This document shows, in pieces, positions 55,083-64,000 of a stretch of 64,000 bases of DNA. Under the pieces are notes generated by a model. That model was not told the origin of the DNA. It was given only the letters and a program-made list of their open reading frames with translations, and ran no database searches. Source of the DNA: Eledone cirrhosa (lineage: Eukaryota); contig OZ024740.1 in NCBI GenBank assembly GCA_964016885.1, positions 129,766,001-129,830,000 of the forward strand, read 5' to 3'. A program made the translations under genes and the position numbers. Numbering within the stretch: position 1 is the first letter of the stretch; each line of letters opens with the position of its first letter.

Positions 55083-55090
55083 TTAATAAT
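55034..55090. repeat. (AAC/AAT)n tract shared as the 3' flank of the Dong-like element and LINE copy 4
   Basis: Read directly from the sequence. Confidence 0.9.
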
Positions 55091-55338
55091 GATTTCTTTA
55101 TTAACCACAAGGGTTTACATAAAGTAGACATTAAGGACAGTGCAGGACAATGCAGGACGGTACAAATGGGCATTTCTGCGTGTAAAAAAACAAAAACAGA
55201 GGATGTAACAAAAATAACGATGAAAATAACAATGAAAAATTCCCCAATAGGGGGGAGACTTCGGAGAAAGCCCAGTAAAAAGCCACAATGACCCTGACCA
55301 CCAAGGCAAGTGCCCTCTCCCAGTTTTCCACCTTTAGT

Positions 55339-58300
55339 TTACAGATATATACTCAGAGTCGGCCCATTCACTCGGGCCATTCTTGCTTCTCTCACCCATC
55401 TTTCAACAAAATGCTGGGAAGAGAGCACTTCCCTCTCTACTCTGATTTTCCTTTTCAAATGAAATTTGAAAAAGTCAATCAGAGCATCACCGAAGAGGTA
55501 AGTGCTCGTCTTCAGCCCTTTCAAACGTGTCCACCATACTATCTCTTTCGCCATGGCCACCAGACAGATAAAAACTGCCTGCCCTTCCCGGCTAAAGGAG
55601 GAGGGCGGGGCAATCCTCACGATGGACTCAGATGATAGCTGGATCCGTCCTAAACGCGACAGCAGGTGTTCGACATAAACCCACAAGTCAGCAATTTTCG
55701 GACACTGGACGAGTGCGTGCAGGACGGTTTCGTCGCCCTGCGCGCATCTCGGACATGCCCGGCTGACGGCACCTCCATGCCTGTAGAGTTTATCCCGAAC
55801 TGGCAAGGCTCCTCGGTAGCACTGCCAGGCCAGAGATTTCTGGAAGTTGTCCATAGGCCCTGGCCCGAAAGTTCTTCCGAAGAGATTGGCTAGTTGATTT
55901 TCGTCGACGCCTAGAGTTTCCCCAAGTACGTCGTCACTCTTCCCCTCCACTAATCCTCTATAGAACGCCGAGGTGGAGTTTCCACCAATCACATTGCCCG
56001 ATTGGTCGAGGGCTGTGAGTGCCTGAAGACATTCCAGTCTCCAGGCGCTCCCTCTCGGTCTTCGCTTGACCCAGGACTGCAGCTCCGTCAAGGAAACGAG
56101 CTGGGGAAAAACGCGTCTAGCAAACGGCGACCACACCTGATCACCGTCGAGGAAGAGGTGGAGATGTCGTAGCCTGAGCGCGTGCCTGCGCATCATCAGC
56201 CACGGCATGCCCAGCCCTCCACGTAGCGGGTGTTGACAACAGATGGACCGCCTGACCATCGGAGCACGTCCCTTCCACAAAAAGCGAAAGAGCAAACGCT
56301 CCAGCGCAGTCAGGCGAGGCTTAGGACAAGGTACGACGGTTAGGCGGTAGCAGATGACAGACGCGATGTACGCGTTAGCCACCTCCGCTCGACCTTTCAG
56401 GGATAGCTTCCTCTCGGCCCATTTCTGGGTGAGAGAAGCCACCCTGCTCGTCACCTCGTCCCAGTTTTTGTCCGTCTGGAGGTCCGGACCGAATCAGACC
56501 CCTAGCAATTTAACCGGTCCGTCCCTCCAGCGCCCGACGGCGCTGTTGGACGGCATGGACCTGCCTCTCCAGGTGCCGAGCTGTAGGCCCACCGACTTTT
56601 CCTGGTTGATCATTGCTCCTGTCACCGCTTCGTATTCTCTTAGTGTAGTGCCTATCGCCTCGATGTGTTTGGCGTTCGACACCACTACGGTGACATCGTC
56701 CGCATATGCTGACACGGATCTACCGCATCCTAGTTCGCGCGGGACTCCCTTCAACGTCTCCAGTTTGTGCAGTAATGGCTCGAGAGTCAATACGTACAAG
56801 AGGGACGAGAGGGGACATCCTTGGCGGACCGAGCGCATGATGTTGAACGGTTCCGACAGGTGACCGTTCACTCTCACCACAGAGCAGATGTCGCTGTGCA
56901 TGGCAGCGATCCAGCCTCTGAAGACGGGCCCAAAGCCAGCCGCCTTCAGGACTGCCGCTAGGTAACGATGGTCGACCCTATCGAAAGCTTTCGACTGATC
57001 TAAATTGATCAAGGACCCACCCGTGCCAGGTTCCTTAGCTACCCTCTCTATGATGTATCGCATGAGGTGGAGGTTGTCGTGGAGGTTGTCGGGAATGGCG
57101 CATGTCTGCGCCTCTCCCACCAGACCACCAACGACAAGCGCCAACCTCTTTGCTAGCACCTTGGCCAAAATCTTGAACTCTGTGTTTAGCAGAGTTATGG
57201 GCCGGAAATTGTCTATGTTATCCCCCTTGTTCGGATCCTTTCTCAGCAGTGCCACCGCTCCTCGGCTCACAGAACTGGGAATTCTCCCGTTCTGTTGCCA
57301 GTTGCAGTAGACGTCCGCCAAGAGGCCTCCGAACAAGTCTGGCATCTGTACGAAAAGTTCATAGGGCAGACCATCCAAACCAGGCGATTTACCCCTTGTG
57401 CAGCCAGTCATTGCCTCCCTTACTTCAGCGGCTGTTATCGGCTTTTCGCAACACTTCGCCTCAGTGGCCGAGAGCCGCGGCAGTCCGTCGAGGTAGACAC
57501 TAAAGTCCATCCCTCTACCCGGCCCCCCGCTGCCCCCGAACAGCTGAGCGAAGTGTCGCTGAAAAGCTTCACACATTTGCCCGGGATCGAGTAGCATGCG
57601 CCCGTCGTGGTCCACCAAAGACCGGATCGTGGCTTTGTTGCCACGACGCGCCTCCGCCACTCGGGCCCATTGAACGGCTTTCGTCCCCTCGTGTCAGGGA
57701 GCACGCACCCTTGCTCTGACAACGCAGCCTTCGTGCTTTGCATTGAATAATTGGTCAAGGGCCAATTTCGCCGCAAGCACGTCGGTCGCAATGCCTTTGC
57801 TAAGCGCCTCGTCTAATTTTCTAACTAGTTCTCCCTCTGCTCTATTTTTCTCTATTGCTAAAGCCTTACTAAACCTAATGGATTCTATTCTAATCGCTCT
57901 TTTCAGAGCAAACCACCACTTGTTGTTGACGATGGCCCCCGTCAACGCCCGCTTAACTAGTTCGCTAATCCGGTCTCTGTAGGCCTTGCGCGCTGGTAAG
58001 GACGCGTTTAGCTTCCAGTAGCCGGGTCCTCGTCTATGAAGCCTATCTAAGTCAAGCACACAGATCACGAATTTGTGGTCCGTGTAGCTGACTATCTTGA
58101 ATTGTGGACAGCCTATGCTAGACCTATCTATTTCCCTACAAAATACTCTATCTAGATATGATCTGGATGACCCTATGCGGTTTGTACAAGTCCACATTGG
58201 CACATTCGGGAAATCCAATCGGTACCTGTCAGACAGTACAAAACGCCTGAGCAGGTTGGTGAGGCTCTTGCACCCTCCACCCCTATCCGCTAATCCCACA

Positions 58301-58755
58301 CAGTCCCAGCGTGCATCTAAGATCCCGTTCCAGTCGCCCACTAACACTAAAGAGCGGGACGTTCCAAGAAAGGTCTCCAGACGCCGGAAGAAATCAGGCA
58401 GCCCTGCTCCTGTCGGGTCATAGACGGCCACTAGCCTGAAAGCTTGCCCGTCTCCGCTGGTCACGTCCAGCACCACCAGCTTACCCTCTGGGTCCAGGAA
58501 GATGGCCCGTATGGCGAGATCCAAACCTCTCCGAAAAAGCACAGCAACTCCTCCACCGGATCCAGGACGGCTGGGAGATGCGTACACATCGTAGCCGCCG
58601 AAGATCGGTGCGAAGGCCCGTGCTTCGGAGATTCTGGTCTCGCTGATGGCCACTACATCTATGTTTAGTGACCTGAGGTCGTTGAGCAGCTGACCCTGCT
58701 TCCATGACGACCCCAAGCCATGCGCATTTATGCTGCCTATTCTGAGTGAGGTCAT
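55339..58755 (-). pseudogene. ORF2 APE endonuclease-RT-zf-RVT (~1138 codons, two premature TGA)
   Basis: ORFs 57694-58755, 56494-57660 and 55339-56454 share one frame. Motifs: GSINAHG, ISET, GDWN, YLDR, TDH, KSPGLDGL, FRPITLLN, KAFDRVDH, QGCPLS, AYADD, CPRC..ETVLH...C. Confidence 0.93.
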
Positions 58756-58790
58756 GTTTAAAATAGAGTGGAAAAGATGGGAAAGACCAC

Positions 58791-60881
58791 TTACCGTACT
58801 TTTGGTAGAGGAGGGATGGTTTTTACATCCCTTTTCACTTGATCGTCTGGTGAAGGGACCGTTGAATCGTCCCTTCGGCTGGTCGTCGGCTCTTCTAAGA
58901 GAATGTCTGAGTATACTCTTCGATTGATGGTTCCTCCTAGGTCCCTGAAATCACCAACTGCGTTGGGGAATTTCGTTTTAATGTTTGTGTATTGTTTCTG
59001 TGCTATTTTTAGCAGTCTTATGTTAGTTGGCGTTTTGATTGGTGCTGGTATTATGTAGTCCTGTTGTGAAATGTCTGTGTGTTCAATTATGTAAGTCATT
59101 AGTTTCTTGTTGTGTGTATTTATTGCCGTGCATTTGTTTTTCTGGGGGTGCGGTGTGGTTCTGCTATTTTCTTGTCGTTGTTGCTGGGTGTGTGTGTTTT
59201 GTTGTTGTGTTTGCGATGTTGGTGCTTGTGGTGGTGGTGTTGAAGGTGTTGTTGGCGGTGGGGTTGTCGCCGGTGGTGATGGTGGTGCTAGTGTGGGTGG
59301 TGATGGTGTTGGTGTTGTTGCTGCTGTGGGTCTCTTTGCAGTAGACTTTACCCTTTTCTCATTTCTTTCCTCCCTTTTCAAAGGCGACGATGCGCTGCTT
59401 CTGCGTTTGTGCCTTCTTACGACCTTTTGCCATCTCTCTCCCACCTCACACTCCATGTCTGATTCTGTGAGGTCGGGGAGGGGTACCAGCTCCACTCTTT
59501 CACTTGTTGTTGTTGGTGATGTTTGCACTGGAGTCTCTGTTGCAGCTGCATTTGGTATTGCTGTTGTTGTAGTTAGTATTTCCACTGCTGCTGCTGTTTT
59601 TGATTTCCGTTGAGTGGGTATGGGTGCCACGGGCCTATCGTTCCTGGTTGCCGCTTGTCCTGTTGCTGGTAGCCGTGGAGCCGGATTCGGAAGGAGGGGG
59701 GTTTTCTCCTTTGTCAGGGTCTTCTCGTTGCAGAAGGCCCTGAGGTGAGTCTTCGATCCACAGCGAAAGCATTTCGGGCGTTTGCCCTCAACACTTATGG
59801 GCAGTTGAGTGCCGTTTTCGAAATCTATCACATCCGGGATAGCTTCGATGCACTCCTGGTTGGTTTGGATTAACATCTCAATGGAGGAGCCGACCCAATC
59901 TTCTCTTACTTTTTTCTGTACTTGCAGTACAGTTGTTTTGTCCTCGATTCCGACGAGGACAGACGCGGCCAGCCAAGAAGGGGTCATTCCGGGGGGGACG
60001 TGGGTCAGTTTGACCCTCACAATTTTTTGCCCACAGTAGGAGGGCACCAACACCATTTCCTCGCTCCTTAGGGTCACTACTGATTGGGCCTTTGCCTCCT
60101 GGGGTGTGGCAAAAAGTACGTCTACGGTGGCATATTTTTTGCCTCGGGTGATGTGCGTTTTCCGCTGCCACACAGACCCCAAGGCTTTTTGTATTTGGGC
60201 CTCTGTGGCTCTTTCCACCCTACGGGATTTTGTACTTACTGTACGGTACGTGACCGTACAGTGCTCTTGGGTTTCGAAAAATTTTTCCGCTGCCTTGCAG
60301 ATTGCTCGGTGTCCGTTCTTTGTCACCATCTTCTTCGCTTCCTCTAATTCCTCATTTGTTATGAGGATTGTTTCCAAGTTTTTCGCAATACCTGCAAATG
60401 AGATTGGTTTTTCTCTGCTGTTGTCGTCAGAGCTGCTGGTACTTTTGTTGTTGCTGCAGGTACTACGACTACTGCCTCCGCCGCTGTTGCTGTGGTTGTT
60501 GTTGGTGTTGCTGCTGCTAATGCTGTTGTTGGTTATGCTGCTGGTGATGCTGTTGCGGCTGCTACTGTTGTTTTCATTGTCACTGTTGCTGTTGTTATTA
60601 CGGCTGCTACTGCTATTATTCCTGACGTCAGACGAATGAACTGGGTTTTCGTATTTCCCGCACACCTGTTTCGTCGCTGTCGTCGTCGTCGTGGAGAAAC
60701 CTTGCACGCTTTGCACGAGACTTTTCTTTTCTTTCGTCACTTGCGAAAGAGAAGGGAGGGAGAGAGACACATTTAAAGAAGGGAGGGAGAGAGACAATCT
60801 TCTCTCTGCTGTAGTGATGATTGAGGAAGAGGAAGACGGAATGAGTGGGAGTGACGTATGAAATTTCTTTTTCGTAGCCAT
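58791..60881 (-). CDS. LINE ORF1 nucleic-acid-binding protein, 696 aa, with a gag-like zinc knuckle
   Basis: Open frame with CFRCGSKTHLRAFC (CX2CX4HX4C) and Ser/Asn- and Pro/Thr-rich low-complexity tracts. It lies directly upstream of ORF2. Confidence 0.88.
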   Translation of the reverse strand: MATKKKFHTSLPLIPSSSSSIITTAERRLSLSLPSLNVSLSLPSLSQVTKEKKSLVQSVQGFSTTTTTATKQVCGKYENPVHSSDVRNNSSSSRNNNSNSDNENNSSSRNSITSSITNNSISSSNTNNNHSNSGGGSSRSTCSNNKSTSSSDDNSREKPISFAGIAKNLETILITNEELEEAKKMVTKNGHRAICKAAEKFFETQEHCTVTYRTVSTKSRRVERATEAQIQKALGSVWQRKTHITRGKKYATVDVLFATPQEAKAQSVVTLRSEEMVLVPSYCGQKIVRVKLTHVPPGMTPSWLAASVLVGIEDKTTVLQVQKKVREDWVGSSIEMLIQTNQECIEAIPDVIDFENGTQLPISVEGKRPKCFRCGSKTHLRAFCNEKTLTKEKTPLLPNPAPRLPATGQAATRNDRPVAPIPTQRKSKTAAAVEILTTTTAIPNAAATETPVQTSPTTTSERVELVPLPDLTESDMECEVGERWQKVVRRHKRRSSASSPLKREERNEKRVKSTAKRPTAATTPTPSPPTLAPPSPPATTPPPTTPSTPPPQAPTSQTQQQNTHTQQQRQENSRTTPHPQKNKCTAINTHNKKLMTYIIEHTDISQQDYIIPAPIKTPTNIRLLKIAQKQYTNIKTKFPNAVGDFRDLGGTINRRVYSDILLEEPTTSRRDDSTVPSPDDQVKRDVKTIPPLPKVR

Positions 60882-61096
60882 GTTGTTTTTTGTTTAAAAT
60901 GAAATTTTGGGTACAAAACCCCAATAACTGGTTATTTAACCCCGAAGGGCCAAATAACGGACAGAAAGACCCCTCTCACGAGGAGGAGGGTATCTTTATC
61001 AACAATTTGGTTCAAGTTTTAAACAATTTACAATTGTTTTAACGGTTAAAAATGACTATACCTTACAGAGCCGAGCCTCCGTCAACCATGGCATTC

Positions 61097-61164
61097 AATA
61101 ATAATAATAATAATAATAAGAAGAAGAAGAAGAAAAAGAAGAAGAAGAAGAAGAAGAAGAAGAA
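61097..61164. repeat. (AAT)n then (GAA)n microsatellite at the 5' end of LINE copy 4
   Basis: Read directly from the sequence. Confidence 0.9.
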
Positions 61165-62789
61165 TTCTAGCATCATATAAATTCGAATATGCATCCATTC
61201 ATTCAGAACATTATACATTGTCCGAATGTTTCATTCAAGTAATTGGAATACGAATCTATATAGTTATTTTTAAATATTTTCTTACTGTCATGATTTTGTT
61301 TTACATTATGAGTTTTAAATGTATGTAAATAGCTCCATTTGCGTATTCTCTTGACAATTGCCTTCCATTTTAAATGCAGCAAGCCCTTGACTAATTATTG
61401 ACACATCTCAGATATTTAATGAAATCTATTTGTCATATCTAGACTTGTATATGATATTGAGCACTTTTATGCCCGTTGAATACGACGAAATTATATGATT
61501 TTAGTTGCATTACGTTTCATGTGATGCAAACGTATTCAAGAATAATTTTGCGCATCAGATGATTTGGACAGTTTTATGCATCATATGAAAACAATGTAAG
61601 AGCAGATATTTTCAGTAATCTCTTCAGCACAAAGCAGAAAAATTTCTTGAAAAATCTTTTATAATAAGGAATGTAATTCAACCCAGATATTATGATTGTT
61701 CTGTCAATGAAATATACATCTTTCTGTAACTTGTGCTAAAGTGATGCTTATTAGTAAAATATAAATTTTGTCTATCGGTCTCAGTTGTTTATTTTGATTG
61801 TACAACTTTTGTATAGAAAAAAATTATATTTAAATATATTACTCTATCACGTTATAACATGTTCCAGCAGGAAGGCCGAGTCGATGCTGGGACACACCAA
61901 TGTGCCAGGGCATATCTAAAATTTTTGTGTGTTGGTGGGGGGGGGGAGGATTTATATATATATATATATATACATATATACATATTTACTATATTTATAA
62001 AGACACTGAATTATACATATTCTCAAAGCGCCCCAAGTTCACATACATATATACACATACAAAGTACACAAATACGTACACGATATGTTCTTACAGACAT
62101 GTATTTTCAACTTATATATTTGGAAGAGAATGACTTCTGACGTTTGTTATTCATGACATATTATATTCGTATAAGCCATATAAGGTTATAAAGGCAACTG
62201 ACACCCAATAAAATCCATAAAGTTTTTGTTGTCATACCAACCATACATCAAACATATATAAACACCTAAGCTAAAATTTACATGATATATCCCGATGCAA
62301 ATTGAAAAACCATGTCTTAGAATTGTTGCCTTCTATAAAAATAAATCATATATTCTTCACTGGCCGACATCTGAAAGGATATGTAAGTAAGTGAACTTCT
62401 GTAACTATGTTAGATAAAATATTTTCGAAGATCTGACTGAAAATAAATTGATTTTTTTTTCTTTTGTGGTTTTCCTGAAATATTCCATTACACTATCACT
62501 GAACAGCATAATCATATATAGCAAGGGAGGTATAATATAAACATTGTTGAATAATGTTAGTTCTCATATTATCGTATATTAAAGGTACACATGATATATG
62601 CATATCTTTATATTCCACTCTCAATGTAACTCTCTACACATCCATCTCTTTCACCCTCACTCTCCTCTCTTACTTCACAAAACAAACATACACACACACA
62701 CAAAATCATGCAAAACATATACAAACACACATATTTATGAATATATATATATATATACATAACTAAATATATATATATATATAATATGC

Positions 62790-62858
62790 TTACACACGCA
62801 CACACATACGCAGACGCACACACACACACACACACACGCATACACACACACACACACA

Positions 62859-62957
<99 letters not shown>

Positions 62958-62966
62958 CATATATAT
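62790..62966. repeat. (CA)n/(TA)n microsatellite
   Basis: Read directly from the sequence. Confidence 0.9.
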
Positions 62967-63012
62967 AGAATAGAAAAGGAAAAAATCAGTGATGCATCTG
63001 AACTCAATTTAT

Positions 63013-63322
63013 TGTGTGTTACAATTGTTTCCCCGGTGGACAGCTCGAGATGCGATCATTAAGTGGATCTGTTTGATTATGGACCCGCAGGTTCGACGGA
63101 CGCGTCTAATGATTTCGGACCATATTCTCTCGCTGGGGTATCTGACCATCTGGGCCAGTACCGTCAAAAAATGTCGTCGTCTTCGCGTGTCCTATGATTG
63201 GCCGCTGGTTGTCGACGTCATCATAATCCTGACCATAGGTACCAGTCCACTGACCATCAGGGCCTTAGCTGTCACATGTCTGCTACACTTCAATAAATAC
63301 TGCTGCGCTTGGTTGTTCACAC
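63013..63322 (+). mobile_element. Possible solo LTR
   Basis: A GC-richer ~310-bp island that could run TG...CA, with AATAAA ~25 bp before its end. No target-site duplication confirmed. Confidence 0.25.
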
Positions 63323-63374
63323 ATCCACGCGCGCACGCGCGCAAATACGCACGCACACACACACAAGCACAGAG

Positions 63375-63560
63375 ATAATTGTTTCTATTTTAGCCACAAG
63401 GCCAGCAATTAACCAGTACATTACTGGTACTTTATTTTATCGACCTCGTAAGGATGAAAGGCAAAGTTAACCTCGGCGGGATTTGAACTCAGATCATAAA
63501 GGGACGTAACTCTATGCTTCAATGCATGGTGTCCGACTCTCTACCTATACTGCCAATGAC
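63375..63560 (-). mobile_element. tRNA-derived SINE
   Basis: Reverse complement of the 39291 SINE, including the B box (ggatttgaactc) and tail. Confidence 0.85.
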
Positions 63561-64000
63561 AGTCATACTCATAGTTGCTCGCTATACACACACATTTAAG
63601 GAGAACATATAAATATACGCATACATGCATCCAAAGTGGCACGTACACACACAGACACATACCCACTTGCCTATATACATCAACATACACACACACATAT
63701 ATGTGAATACACATGCAGACGCGTATATATACGCGTACACACAAACACGTACAGACATATACATAGACAACCTATATACATAGACCTCCCCCCATATATA
63801 TAATTATATATATACAAAGTAAGTCCATAGAATCATTAGATGAAATATATACAATATTTCTTCTCCCAATCAGCATAAATCAACCACACAAAACATCATT
63901 TAAAGGAGGCTATAGGTTTAAAATATACTTATGGGGAAAAAGTGGATGAATGATATAGCATCTTATCCGCGACTCTTAGCTACAAAGAATTTACCTAGTA

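Larger units (their letters stand above)
55091..61096 (-). mobile_element. L1/Tx1-type LINE copy 4, full length (~6.0 kb), nearly intact
   Basis: 5'UTR, open ORF1, 35-nt spacer, ORF2 with only two in-frame stops, and a 3'UTR with AATAAA. (ATT)n lies at both ends. Confidence 0.95.

Overview
This is AT-rich, repeat-dense eukaryotic DNA. The tRNA-derived SINE and the TTAA-flanked MITE resemble octopod/cephalopod repeats (inference). I found no confidently identifiable host gene. Main contents: (1) a decayed Rep/Pif1 Helitron (8185-~12560) joined to a second, internally deleted Helitron that supplies the hairpin+CTAG end (12680-13880); (2) four long L1/Tx1-type LINE copies and one R4/Dong-type (RLE) LINE, with almost every intact end in an (AAT)n tract, stacked in arrays at 19.5-26.5 kb and 47.5-61.1 kb; the 55.1-61.1 kb copy is nearly intact, and a closely similar ORF2 occurs behind two different 5'UTR/ORF1 modules; (3) a 26.4-36 kb zone of non-coding 'unit plus partial unit' direct repeats bounded by (TA)n/(CA)n, several carrying type I hammerhead ribozyme folds with palindromic stem III (retrozyme-like), interleaved with Penelope RT/GIY-YIG remnants; (4) RTE and hAT remnants, a Kolobok-like long-TIR element, SINEs and many microsatellites. 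Most short ORFs in the track are microsatellite or antisense artefacts. All coordinates, alignments and folds were read by eye.
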